The notes beneath the pieces are model-generated. The model was not told the origin of the DNA. It was given only the letters and a program-made list of their open reading frames with translations, and ran no database searches. This document shows positions 16,620 to 26,527 of a stretch of DNA of 64,000 nucleotides, piece after piece. The position numbers and the translations under genes are program-made. The DNA comes from Verrucomicrobiota bacterium (GTDB lineage Bacteria; Verrucomicrobiota; Verrucomicrobiia; Limisphaerales; UBA11358): contig JBEKMW010000006.1 in the NCBI GenBank assembly GCA_049523455.1, forward strand, positions 5,731-69,730, in the 5' to 3' direction. The number at the start of each line of letters is the position of its first letter. The first letter of the stretch is position 1.

Positions 16620-18533
16620 TTGAGCGCACAAACAAACCTGCAGGCCGTGCGCGCCTGGATTTTGCTCTCCGCGTTGCTCGTCGGCACAGGCTGGATTTTG
16701 TCGGCGCTTCACGAATTAAATCGCGGCGGCTATCTGGCGGTTTTTGTCATCGCCACGACAGTGGCGGTCTGGCGATGGCGAAATATCAAAAGTCGTTTCC
16801 CGGAGGCCATCCACCGCGCGCGGCATAAATTGGGGCACCGCTTCAGACGCCTGGCGCCGTTGCTGTTTCTCGCACTGGTCCTGATGTCACTCCTGGCCGG
16901 GTCGCTGTATTTGCCCGGCAACTCCGATGCATTGGCCTACCGGATTCCGCGCGTCTTGCATTGGCTCGGCCGGGAACAATGGCATTGGATTTACACGCAG
17001 GATTCCCGGATGAATGTCGTTGGTTGTAATTTTGAATGGCTGTCGGCACCGCTGATTTTGTTTACCGGCACGGACCAGTGGATATTTCTGATCAATGTAG
17101 CGTCCTATCTGATGCTGCCGGGACTGATCTTTAGTGTTTTTACGCGGTTGCAGGTGAGTCCGCGCACGGCGTGGTGGTGGATGTGGTTTTTGTCCTCCGG
17201 CTGGTGTTTCATCTTTCAGGCTGGCTCGGCCGCCAACGACAGTTGGGCCGCCGTATATGCGCTGGCGATGGTGGATTTTGCGTTGCGCGCGCGAGAGAGC
17301 AAACGAGTGGCCGATTTGTGGCTTTCCATGCTGGCGGCGGCGTTATTGACCGGTGTCAAACAAACCAACATTCCGCTGGCGTTGTTGTGGCTGATTGCCG
17401 CATGGCCCAGCGCCCGATTATTGCTGGCGCGCCCGGGGACGACCGCCCTGGTCGTTGCCGCCAGTTTGCTCGTTTCCGCCGTGCCGGGAACGGTCTTAAA
17501 CATCGAACATGCCGGCAATTGGCAGGGAGTGGCTTCCGGCGTCGAAACCTCGGGCTGGACTGCAGGTTCCGCGTTTTGGAAACTGGTTGGCAACCTGTTT
17601 TCAATTCCGCAGCAAAATCTGCTGCCGCCCTTTTTCCCCCTGGCAGATGTCTGGAATGGAACCATGCAACGCTTTTTGCAAACACCCTTGGGAGCGCATT
17701 TCGCTCCGTTTGAGAAATTTGGATACTTAAGCTGGGGAGTTTCTGAGGCGCAGGCCGGCATCGGTCTGGGGATATGCCTTTTGACCTTGGTTTCGCTCGT
17801 GGGTGTGCGCCGTTTCAGGCCGGCAGCACCGGGTGGAGAAACAAAACCCGGCAGCCATTTTCTCCGATTGATACGGGTGACGCCATGGATCTTGCTGTTG
17901 GTGTTCATGGCGGAAATTTGCACGTATCAAAATGCGCGGCTGGTGGCCGCCTATTATCCGCTCCTGTTCCCGCTGCTGTTGGCCGGGCCAGGACACGCCC
18001 GTCTGGTCCGCCAGCCATGGTGGCAATGGTTTGGCCTGCTGGTCATGCTGCTCGCGGCAGGGATGCTGGTGGTATCGCGAATGCGCCCGCTGTTTCCCGC
18101 ACAAACCATCCTTGTGAAACTTCAGGCAAAGTATCCACACACAAAAATTTTTCCCGAGCTGGAGGCGGCCTATGCCGCCCCCCGAGCCATTTTAACCGCG
18201 GAAAATTATTTCAAAAAGGACCTGCCGCCCGAAGAGCGGGTTATCGGGTATGCCACCACCAACGGGGATTCTGAGCCGGGCCTGTGGTTGCCCTTCGGTG
18301 AACGGCGGGTTGAACGGGTATTGCCGGATGACACGCCGGAACAATTGCGCCGGCGTGGCATACATTATGTCCTGGTGGAGGATCTGGCGCTGGAAGCCGA
18401 CCAGATGACCATTGAACAATGGATGCAACGATACGACGGCAGCCTGGTGGATCAACTGGCACTACCGCTGGACCGCCATAGGCCTCCGGCCCACCTTTAC
18501 CTGGTCGTTATGCATTCTTCACCGGGATTATAA
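16620..18533 (+). CDS. large polytopic membrane protein, GT-C-like (ArnT/PMT/DUF2029-style) glycosyltransferase candidate
   Basis: 637 aa with ~12 or more TM helices. There is an acidic motif in the first loop (LPGNSDALAYR) and a soluble C-terminal ~120 aa. TTG start as in the track; GTG 16647 is an alternative. Confidence 0.5.
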   Translation: MSAQTNLQAVRAWILLSALLVGTGWILSALHELNRGGYLAVFVIATTVAVWRWRNIKSRFPEAIHRARHKLGHRFRRLAPLLFLALVLMSLLAGSLYLPGNSDALAYRIPRVLHWLGREQWHWIYTQDSRMNVVGCNFEWLSAPLILFTGTDQWIFLINVASYLMLPGLIFSVFTRLQVSPRTAWWWMWFLSSGWCFIFQAGSAANDSWAAVYALAMVDFALRARESKRVADLWLSMLAAALLTGVKQTNIPLALLWLIAAWPSARLLLARPGTTALVVAASLLVSAVPGTVLNIEHAGNWQGVASGVETSGWTAGSAFWKLVGNLFSIPQQNLLPPFFPLADVWNGTMQRFLQTPLGAHFAPFEKFGYLSWGVSEAQAGIGLGICLLTLVSLVGVRRFRPAAPGGETKPGSHFLRLIRVTPWILLLVFMAEICTYQNARLVAAYYPLLFPLLLAGPGHARLVRQPWWQWFGLLVMLLAAGMLVVSRMRPLFPAQTILVKLQAKYPHTKIFPELEAAYAAPRAILTAENYFKKDLPPEERVIGYATTNGDSEPGLWLPFGERRVERVLPDDTPEQLRRRGIHYVLVEDLALEADQMTIEQWMQRYDGSLVDQLALPLDRHRPPAHLYLVVMHSSPGL

Positions 18534-18559
18534 CCGCACTTCTTTGTTTCAGACCTGAA

Positions 18560-20194
18560 CTAGAACGCCGGGCGCACCAATTGGAAGAACTGGGCGCCGG
18601 CGCCGGGGGACAGCATCACCATGTTCCGATTGGTCGTGATGGCCGCGGCGTTGGTCACCGGCGTCCACGCCACGGGCGGGGACAAACTGGCGGCGGATTG
18701 GAGCTGAAAACCGGTCGGCGCCAACGGCCAGGAGATAATGGCGTTGCCGTTGGTCCATTGGACGCACAGGGTCATATTGAACATCTCAAACGCCAACGCA
18801 TAGGTTTCCGCCGCGGAAACCTGGTTGAGACTGCCTTGTTTGAGCACCTGCAAATCGTAGCGCCCGGCCGGCAAGACCGGTAAAAAAATATGCTGGACGT
18901 TGTCCACCTGGCTGGTGCTGCAGGTGACGAGGTTGCTGTTGGCGGTGTTGTAGAGAAACAAATCCAGATGGTTGATCGTGGTCTGGTTAGTCTGCTTGTT
19001 CCATTCCAGCGTGGCCGTGAGCGTGAAGGGAATGCCGCCGGGCAGGTTGAAGTAGTAATGATTCACGGTGTCCTGGAAGGACGACGTGGAAATTGAATTG
19101 TAATCCCAACCGACGGGCACGGGCTCATTGTTGGTATTGGCGTCCGGCGGATGCGACGCGCCGCTCGTGATGGAACTGGATTCGATGAACGCGTGCTGGC
19201 CGCCCTTCATTTGTTCCCACGAATTGAAAAGGTTCAACATGCCGGCGCCGTAACGGGCGTCGAGCGGCGCGGACGTGCCGTTGGTCCAGTCGGTGGGCTT
19301 AATGGCGCCATTGAGGATGAGCGCCCGGATGGCGCGCACGTCCGTCGCGGCGTTGGTGTTGGGGCCGCCGTCACCGCGTCTGGCTGCCTGTATCAGGACG
19401 GCCGCGGCGCCCGCGACAAAGGGCGTGGAATAGCTGGTTTCCTGCGCCGGTGAATAGGACGCCGTGATGTCCGGCTTGCACCGGCCATTGTCGAGGGTGG
19501 GTCCATAACTGGAATTGGGGGTGCCGTAAATGCCCACGCCCAAACCGTTGTAGCAACTGGCCGGCGGGTTCACGGGACCCCCGTTGCCGGCGCCGCTGAC
19601 GAACAGGGTGTTGTATTCCGCTGCATAGTTGTCGAAAGCCAGGTCAATGGCCACTTCTTCATTGGAGCCGACATGGACGTATTGGTCGTCCACGTAATCA
19701 ACAAAGTCGTAGCTCTGGTTCACCACCGGATCGTCAATATTGGTTGAAGGCAATGTCACGACATAGTTGGTGATGAAATCAACAACCATGACTTCCTCCA
19801 GCGCGAAATAATTCACATTATAATTGTCCACGTGGGCCACGTTGGTGGCCACGCCGCCGTAGATGCCATACAGCCCCGCCAGGCCATAAAAAATTGAAGC
19901 CACCCCGTCCGCATGGCTCGACTCCGAACCCACGGAGTTGGGAAAGCCCGTCGCCGATTCGAGGTTGGTGGAAAAGTAGGTGAACAGGTCCACCGGCTGG
20001 CCGACCTGGGCGGGATTGACTTCGAAGTCATTGGTGTCCGGGTCGGTGCCCTCCGGTTGCGCCACGCGCACGCCGGCACCCGTGAGCGTGGGGTCAACCT
20101 GCCGCAATACGGTAACGCCATTCGTGTCCAAATCAATGGCCGACAATGAGAAGGAGCAGGAAACAATTAAAAGCGCTGGAATCCACTTGGTCAT
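18560..20194 (-). CDS. secreted subtilase-like (S8-type) protein
   Basis: Signal peptide MTKWIPALLIVSCSFSLSA. His motif SSHADGVASIF, oxyanion SGAGNGGP, Ser motif SYSTPFVAGAAAVL. The expected D-[ST]-G Asp motif is not evident; VRVAQPEG occupies that position. Confidence 0.65.
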   Translation of the reverse strand: MTKWIPALLIVSCSFSLSAIDLDTNGVTVLRQVDPTLTGAGVRVAQPEGTDPDTNDFEVNPAQVGQPVDLFTYFSTNLESATGFPNSVGSESSHADGVASIFYGLAGLYGIYGGVATNVAHVDNYNVNYFALEEVMVVDFITNYVVTLPSTNIDDPVVNQSYDFVDYVDDQYVHVGSNEEVAIDLAFDNYAAEYNTLFVSGAGNGGPVNPPASCYNGLGVGIYGTPNSSYGPTLDNGRCKPDITASYSPAQETSYSTPFVAGAAAVLIQAARRGDGGPNTNAATDVRAIRALILNGAIKPTDWTNGTSAPLDARYGAGMLNLFNSWEQMKGGQHAFIESSSITSGASHPPDANTNNEPVPVGWDYNSISTSSFQDTVNHYYFNLPGGIPFTLTATLEWNKQTNQTTINHLDLFLYNTANSNLVTCSTSQVDNVQHIFLPVLPAGRYDLQVLKQGSLNQVSAAETYALAFEMFNMTLCVQWTNGNAIISWPLAPTGFQLQSAASLSPPVAWTPVTNAAAITTNRNMVMLSPGAGAQFFQLVRPAF

Positions 20195-20280
20195 GGCCCG
20201 GTTCAGGGAGTTTTACCAATAGTTAACTCAAGTTTCAACAGGCCGCAACTGGCATCGCTGTGCCATGCCATCATGGTCTG

Positions 20281-20440
20281 AAAATTATTTAACCGCGAAC
20301 CACGCGAAATACACGAACATTCTTCCTAAAAATCCAGTCGAAATTCGATGCGGCCCCAAATCCCCGCCTTACAGCGACCGGCGACCACGGAGACGGGGAA
20401 AACAGGGAAGGTCAAAATCAGAAATACCGGATTCAACCGC
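20281..20440. repeat. MITE-like repeat family, left-half copy
   Basis: AAAATTATTTAACCGCGAACCACGCGAAATACACGAACATTCTTCCTAAAAATCCAGTCGAAATTCGATGCGGCCCCAAATCCCCGCCTTACAGCGACCGG...GGTCAAAATCAGAAATACCGGATTCAACCGC. Matches 16275-16430. Confidence 0.75.
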
Positions 20441-20517
20441 TGTGTTAGGCTGGCTTTTTGCCGCGTGGCACCCTAACATGCGCCCGGCTTCCTGACCTGC
20501 GAAACCAACTATTGGCA

Positions 20518-21696
20518 ATGGCGAAAAGCACACTCATCGCGATGGCGTTGGATTATCCTCTGCCCGCCCGGGGGGGGGTGGGTGTCATCGTTGAGTCGTT
20601 ATTGAGGTATTTGGCGCCGGAATATCGTGTGCTATTAATCTCTCCCGATGATCCGAAGGAATTGGAACCGTATTTTTCTGCATCCCGGATATCGGAACAT
20701 ATCCGCATTTCTCAGGCGGATCTCACCCGTACCACCGCGCGGGGCCTGGCGGATGCGATCATCCAGCGTGGCGCGGCACTGGCACACTTTCACGGTGGGG
20801 GAAACTTTACTTGGGGCACACGCCGGGGCACGAAAAGTCCATTTCCTTTTCTTGGCAGCGCGAACGTGCCGGTGATATTCTCGGCGCATCAGATCGGCCC
20901 GTTGAGTGCCGTGTATTATCCCGCCGAACGGCAGCATTGGTTTAAGCTGGCCTTCCTGCCGCTGATTATGGGAGCGTGCACCTATTCACTTTGGCGCACG
21001 AGACAAGTCATTACCGACTCCAAGCATGACGCCAACATGCTGAAACGCCAGTTTCCACTTCTGGCCAGAAGAATTAATTTCATCTACCACTCGCGCCTCG
21101 ATGCCACGGAAAATGTGGCGGTGACAACGGTTGGCAGGCAAAAGACCGTTCTGTCTGTGGGACACGTTGCCATCCGCAAAGGCCAGCACGTGCTCGCCGA
21201 AGCTTTTTCCCGGATCGCCTCGCGCTTTCCGGATTGGAAGCTGGTCATCGCGGGCCCGCTGGTTGAGCCTCGTTGTTCAGACTGGATCGAGCGAATCCGG
21301 CAAGAGCACCATTTAACCGGACGCATACAGTTGATTGGCAGCCAGACCAATCCGCGGGAGTTGATGCAAACGGCCGGGGTTTTTGTTCAACCATCACTCA
21401 TGGAAGCCTTTGGTCTGGCGTTGCAGGAGGCAATGTTTCTTGGTTGTGCCTGTGTGGGGAGTAATACCGGCGGCATACCCGAATTGATTGCGGACAACCA
21501 GACCGGCCGGCTATGCGCGCCAGGCAACCCGGATGCGTTGGCAGACGCCTTGACCGATCTCCTTGGGTGTCCGGAGAAGCGGCAGCGGCTGGGAGAAGCT
21601 GCGCATGCGGACATCATCCAAAAAGGCATGACCGGCCAGGCGATGGCCGCCAATTATGAAAAGATCTATCGGCGGGTGTTGCCGCAGCACCGTTAG
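20518..21696 (+). CDS. glycosyltransferase family 4
   Basis: ORF 20458..21696. The likely start is ATG 20518 (MAKSTLIAMALDYP...). EAFGLALQEAMFLGCACVGSNTGGIPELI. Confidence 0.85.
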   Translation: MAKSTLIAMALDYPLPARGGVGVIVESLLRYLAPEYRVLLISPDDPKELEPYFSASRISEHIRISQADLTRTTARGLADAIIQRGAALAHFHGGGNFTWGTRRGTKSPFPFLGSANVPVIFSAHQIGPLSAVYYPAERQHWFKLAFLPLIMGACTYSLWRTRQVITDSKHDANMLKRQFPLLARRINFIYHSRLDATENVAVTTVGRQKTVLSVGHVAIRKGQHVLAEAFSRIASRFPDWKLVIAGPLVEPRCSDWIERIRQEHHLTGRIQLIGSQTNPRELMQTAGVFVQPSLMEAFGLALQEAMFLGCACVGSNTGGIPELIADNQTGRLCAPGNPDALADALTDLLGCPEKRQRLGEAAHADIIQKGMTGQAMAANYEKIYRRVLPQHR

Positions 21697-21885
21697 TTTT
21701 CAGCCGCTCAGCCGCGTAACGGGCGATCCTGGCCAAGGCTGGGTGGCGGTGGACCAGTGACTGGCCAGCCATGCGCGGGTGGGGGCCGTTGGGAAGCGGA
21801 CCAAAAGTACATTCGAGATTTCCGGGAACTGGATTTCAGGTAAAATGACAGACGGTTCAGTTCGCTTGAAATCTGCACGCCAAGG

Positions 21886-22749
21886 TCATTTACCCTTTCG
21901 ATGCAACCCCACTTTGCGAAAATGCTGCCGGCGTATCTGCCAATATTTCAAGCACATCAAGCAGTGAAAGATCGGCCCGCACACCGCTGCGATCGGGAAA
22001 ATCTTTCTTTCACGCGTCCATTGGTCGCGCAAGCCCCGCAGTGTCCCTCGAATCAGCCGGCTGACGGCTGACCATAAGGGATGAGCGCGTATCTGTTCCC
22101 ATTCCGGGGGCCAAGCCTCGGTTTTCCAACGCCAGCAGTTCAGGTCGGTGGGTTTTCCGAGCAAACAGGACGCGATGAAGGCACGTCCACGTTTGGACTG
22201 GTCGCGGAAAATCATGTTGTGCAAACCATAAGGTGTGCGTCTAGGCTGATGATGCAAAACGAGGTCCAATGATTCAATTTTACCATCTGGAATTACACCC
22301 TGTTCACACATGCCGAAAAACCGCACCCGCTGTTTGTTAAAAAGAAAAATGTGGCCAGCCGGATATCTCTTTGAAACAGTTCGTTGTCCATTCCACATCG
22401 GCCAGATGCACGCAAAGGCGGAAATTTCGGCGGGAGGTTCGGCTGTTTGCCGGAATTTTTTCAACCACGCCTTCAGGTCTTCGCTCGGAAATTCATCGGC
22501 GTCGAACCGTAGAATCCAGTCATGCTTCGCCTGCGCCCAGAGAAACGGCCAATGAGGCTCTTGCAGAAAAGCCGGCGGCCTTTCAAAAAATCGCCCACCG
22601 GCGCTTTCGGCGACCAACCGCACGTTCTGCTCGTCGGGGATATCGTGCTCCACTATCAACTCGTCATAGCAACCGGCTGATTCCCGCAGTAACCGTTCCA
22701 GGAAATCCCGCTGGCGATGGACGCAAACAACCAAGGAAATGGCAGGCAT
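21886..22749 (-). CDS. glycosyltransferase family 2
   Basis: MPAISLVVCVHRQRDFLERLL... and DADE (DxD-type) motif in ILRFDADEF. Confidence 0.8.
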   Translation of the reverse strand: MPAISLVVCVHRQRDFLERLLRESAGCYDELIVEHDIPDEQNVRLVAESAGGRFFERPPAFLQEPHWPFLWAQAKHDWILRFDADEFPSEDLKAWLKKFRQTAEPPAEISAFACIWPMWNGQRTVSKRYPAGHIFLFNKQRVRFFGMCEQGVIPDGKIESLDLVLHHQPRRTPYGLHNMIFRDQSKRGRAFIASCLLGKPTDLNCWRWKTEAWPPEWEQIRAHPLWSAVSRLIRGTLRGLRDQWTRERKIFPIAAVCGPIFHCLMCLKYWQIRRQHFRKVGLHRKGK

Positions 22750-22758
22750 GGCTGAATC

Positions 22759-23568
22759 CTAATTCCCCGCCTCAAGCAGGCCACACAGTTCGGGAACGGC
22801 GGCAACATAATTCGGCCCCAAAAAATCCTCATCCTGAAACCGGTAGTCACAAAATCTCACCGATCGGGGAAACAATTTTCCGACTTTATATCCGCGGTCG
22901 CCAAAAAATTGATAAAAGTCCCGCAACAAAAATTTGGTCAGCACATTGACCATGCCGTATTCGAATTGCACCACGGGCACCTTGTCCGAAACCAGCGCAT
23001 CCCCAAAACCCTTCAGCACGAGATGTTCCGCGCCCTCGACATCAATCTTCAGCAAGTCAATGGTTTGTATGCCATGCGCAACACAGTAGTCCTCGCCGCG
23101 AGCCACCCTGGCGCCGATCATCTCGGATTTCAAGCCAGCCACGACATCAAACATGGTTGTCAGCCCATCCCCCTCCGGACAATGCTTGATTTTAATTTCA
23201 CCCATTGCCTCAGACAACCCAAAAGGATTTAGCAGGACGTTTCCTTTGTTCGGCGAAAGCCGGGTGGAAAGTTTTTGAAAGGTGGGTGGGCTGATCTCGA
23301 AACAATGTATCGTGGCAGCCGGATTGGCCGCCAGAACCTCCGCCGCCCAGTCACCACGATTAGCGCCCACGTCAAACACGATTTTCAACCGGTTCCTCCG
23401 GGCGAGGGTTTGCACCAGCCACCGTTCGCCGTTAGCGGCAATATCGCTGCTGTGGTTTTCTTGAATGCGATGAAACTCCATGCAAACCGAATCAATTTTT
23501 TTGAGGAGCGTGGGAAAACTCCGCAAAAGTGAGTGGACCCTTTTGGCGGTGTTAAAAATTCGCGGCAT
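22759..23568 (-). CDS. FkbM family methyltransferase
   Basis: VFDVGANRGDWAAEV..., LLKIDVEGAEHLVLKG, FEY...GYKVGKLFP. Confidence 0.85.
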   Translation of the reverse strand: MPRIFNTAKRVHSLLRSFPTLLKKIDSVCMEFHRIQENHSSDIAANGERWLVQTLARRNRLKIVFDVGANRGDWAAEVLAANPAATIHCFEISPPTFQKLSTRLSPNKGNVLLNPFGLSEAMGEIKIKHCPEGDGLTTMFDVVAGLKSEMIGARVARGEDYCVAHGIQTIDLLKIDVEGAEHLVLKGFGDALVSDKVPVVQFEYGMVNVLTKFLLRDFYQFFGDRGYKVGKLFPRSVRFCDYRFQDEDFLGPNYVAAVPELCGLLEAGN

Positions 23569-23785
23569 AGGAACATCGTTTTGTTTGAAATCGCATCAGC
23601 ACTGATTTTCTAAATTGGTGAAATCGCACGCGATAGTAAAGCGGGCGCGGGGCAGGTGGTTCAAGCAAAGAATGACCAAATCGCTGCGCGTCAAGAGAAC
23701 GGGCGGTTTCTTTGCGTGACGAGAATCTTCAGCGGCGAAAGGGCAAGCGCAAACGACCGACGAAATGGCAGGCATAGTTAATCTA

Positions 23786-25060
23786 TCAGCATTTTGCCCC
23801 GAACTTCAGGCGAATGGCACGTCTAAATTCGTGGAAACGCACCCGGTAATAAAACGGCCTCGCAACCACTTGCTCGGCCAAGGAAGGGCCAAATTGGTGG
23901 GCGTCAAGGTAGGCCGCCGTTTCTTTCGCACGCCGCAGATCTTCCACGATGAATGGGTTATCACGGCGTTCGACGGCTGCATGCAGAGCCATTTCCAATC
24001 GGCCGATGGAAGTTGCGGGATCGCTGAGCCAACGAATATGGCTCTGTGCGGCACGCCCGAATTGGCCGCGCAACGCTGCGTCGCCAGCCAGGCGCAAAAT
24101 GGCGTCTGCCATTATGGCGGGTCGGTTCGCCAACAACCCGCATTCGCCATGACGTGCCAATTCGATTTGCGCCTGATCCTGCCAGGGAACCGAGTGGGTG
24201 ATTACCGGCTTGCCCAGATTCATCGGCTCGGCGATACCGTAGCCAAAGCTTTCGCCATTGAGGGCGGTGTGCAACACCACGTCCAATGTTGAGAGGGTCA
24301 ACCGCAACTCTTCGGCATCCGCAGTGGCGGGGAGCATCACAAAGTGGGGGGCGTCGGGCGAGGCGCGCAATGCTGCGGCAATCTCCGGCGGTGGTTCGCG
24401 CAACAGCAGCTTGATATTGGGGTTATGATTCAATGCCAACCGGAAGGCCTCTACCGCCAAATTGGACCATTTGCCCAGGCAAGGCCGGCCCAGCCGCCCA
24501 AAAAGCACCTCCTCGTTTCTCACCCCAATTCTCTGGCGAAAGTCGCGGATCTCCCCCGGGGCGGCCGGTTCCACGGGGTCGAGCGGATAGACGGCGACAC
24601 TGGCGCGCCGGAAAAAGCTTTCATCCAGCCGACGGAATACGCGCCGGGCGGCCTGCACGCTACTGGTCCAGGAAACAAACAAACGAAAATCCGTCCAGGC
24701 ATCCTCCGGCGGATTGTACAAATGCCCGAACACGTTGGTTTGGACCACGGGAATCTTGGGCAATAATTTCAGGGCTTCACCTAAAATATCACCCTCGTGG
24801 GTATGTCCCGGAGCATGAGCGTGGATTACGTCGGGTTGGATTTCCGCAAGAACCGCGGCAACCGCAGCGGCGGAGATCTTGGTCAGGCGAACCGGGACGT
24901 TGTGCAATTCCAATTCCGCCCGGCGCGGGCCATCGGCCAGCGTGACCAGGGTCACGTTGTGCCCGCGTTCCTTGAGCCCCCAAGCCCAGCGGCAGGCCGC
25001 TTTTTCGGTGCCGCCCAAACCCAGACCATTTACGAACACGACGCACGTCATAGAAGGCAA
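23786..25060 (-). CDS. glycosyltransferase family 4
   Basis: VVFVNGLGLGGTEKAA..., ESFGYGIAEPMNLGKPVITH. Confidence 0.8.
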   Translation of the reverse strand: MPSMTCVVFVNGLGLGGTEKAACRWAWGLKERGHNVTLVTLADGPRRAELELHNVPVRLTKISAAAVAAVLAEIQPDVIHAHAPGHTHEGDILGEALKLLPKIPVVQTNVFGHLYNPPEDAWTDFRLFVSWTSSVQAARRVFRRLDESFFRRASVAVYPLDPVEPAAPGEIRDFRQRIGVRNEEVLFGRLGRPCLGKWSNLAVEAFRLALNHNPNIKLLLREPPPEIAAALRASPDAPHFVMLPATADAEELRLTLSTLDVVLHTALNGESFGYGIAEPMNLGKPVITHSVPWQDQAQIELARHGECGLLANRPAIMADAILRLAGDAALRGQFGRAAQSHIRWLSDPATSIGRLEMALHAAVERRDNPFIVEDLRRAKETAAYLDAHQFGPSLAEQVVARPFYYRVRFHEFRRAIRLKFGAKC

Positions 25061-25066
25061 GCAATC

Positions 25067-25780
25067 CTAAGACCTTCCGGTGATTTTGACGCATACCTGC
25101 TCGCTTTTACAATTGTAGGTCAAATAGTCGAAGGCCAGATGCTCGCGGGCGGTGAATTCCTGAAAGGCCTTGAATTCCCCCTCCCGCCAGCCCGGATAAT
25201 TGAAGTATTCGTCAAACACGATGACGGTTCCGGGCTTGATGCGCGGCGCCAGGCAATCGAAAACCGTTTTAGTCGAGGAATACAAATCGCAGTCAATGTG
25301 CAGGAATGCGGCGTCGCCGGGATGCGTGCTGAGAAACCCGGGCAGGGTTTTGTCGAACCAGCCTTTTACCAGGGTGACGTTCGGCCGGACTTTGGGCAAC
25401 GCGGTCACTTTGAAATGGCCGGTGCCGCGACGGTTGCGCCAGCGTTCGGGGAGCCCTTCGAAGGAATCGAAGCCGTAAACCGGATGGTCCACCTGGCGGG
25501 CGATGTGATTGATGGTATGGCCGGAGAAGACGCCGAACTCGAGGTAAAGACCGTCCGGATTTTCGACCTGCTTGAGGCCAAAGCTGAGGACGTCCAGGTA
25601 CGAATCCAAGGGGTCCACACCCTCCAGGTTCCGGGACACAAAATCGGCCGTATCGGCCAAAGCCCGGCGTTGCAATTCGCCTTCCAAGTCGTGCCCGTCC
25701 GCTTCCCGGCTCCGTTGAAGCTCAAAGCGGACAGCCCACCGAAAAGGAGCAAGCGCGCGGGTGATAATGGTTCGCAACAT
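25067..25780 (-). CDS. class I SAM-dependent methyltransferase (TylF/CmcI-like)
   Basis: LEFGVFSGHTINHIA, GFDSFEGLPE, LHIDCDLYSST, VIVFDEY. Confidence 0.7.
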   Translation of the reverse strand: MLRTIITRALAPFRWAVRFELQRSREADGHDLEGELQRRALADTADFVSRNLEGVDPLDSYLDVLSFGLKQVENPDGLYLEFGVFSGHTINHIARQVDHPVYGFDSFEGLPERWRNRRGTGHFKVTALPKVRPNVTLVKGWFDKTLPGFLSTHPGDAAFLHIDCDLYSSTKTVFDCLAPRIKPGTVIVFDEYFNYPGWREGEFKAFQEFTAREHLAFDYLTYNCKSEQVCVKITGRS

Positions 25781-25834
25781 GGCGGCAAGATAAATAAACC
25801 GCCTGCCTTGTCGAGGACGCTTTGAACGGGAGTT

Positions 25835-26473
25835 TCACGAGTGATCTTTGACCGCGACGATGGTGTGCGCCAGGGACGGCATGTTTTTGGAGAGGGAATC
25901 GAACATGGAGAAGTCTCGCACCCCGAACAACCGAACCGTATGGGCAAAGAATTTGACCGAGAGCGCGCGGGGATTCCCGAAGCCCGCGCCATAGACGCGG
26001 TAGCCCCGGCGGCGGAATTGCCCGGCGGAGATGTAAGAGAGATGGTGGTCGAATTCATTTTGACCCAGAAAGGTCTCGCTGCCGCCGCGCAGGCATTGCC
26101 AATTGGGGGTGGTGACGATGACGCGTCGCCGGGCGGCGGCTTCGAACTCATCGAGCACCTTCTCCACGACGCTCATCGGCAGATGCTCCAGGACTTCGCT
26201 GGCCAGAATGGTGTCATATTTCGCCCGGGGAATGGCACAGGGGAGTTCCGCCTGCCAGACCTCGCGATACACGCCCAGCTTCCGGGCATATTCCACGTTG
26301 GGGGCGAAGGCGTCCAGGGCATCAACGACCGGTGGCCCGCTCAGGTCCCATTCGCCGTAATTGGTGCGCATGAGGCAACCCCAGCGGCCAAACCCGCAAG
26401 CGACGTCCAGGATGCTGTCGCCGCGAATCAACGGGAGGACGATGGGATCGAGAAAACTGGCAGACGAGCTCAT
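25835..26473 (-). CDS. class I SAM-dependent methyltransferase
   Basis: Motif I ILDVACGFGRWG, post-I DAFAPNVEYA, ILASEVLEHL. Confidence 0.8.
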   Translation of the reverse strand: MSSSASFLDPIVLPLIRGDSILDVACGFGRWGCLMRTNYGEWDLSGPPVVDALDAFAPNVEYARKLGVYREVWQAELPCAIPRAKYDTILASEVLEHLPMSVVEKVLDEFEAAARRRVIVTTPNWQCLRGGSETFLGQNEFDHHLSYISAGQFRRRGYRVYGAGFGNPRALSVKFFAHTVRLFGVRDFSMFDSLSKNMPSLAHTIVAVKDHS

Positions 26474-26527
26474 GGGCAGGAAAAATGGTTGAGGTTGGTG
26501 CTTATTCGGTGTACGCGATTCAAGAAT

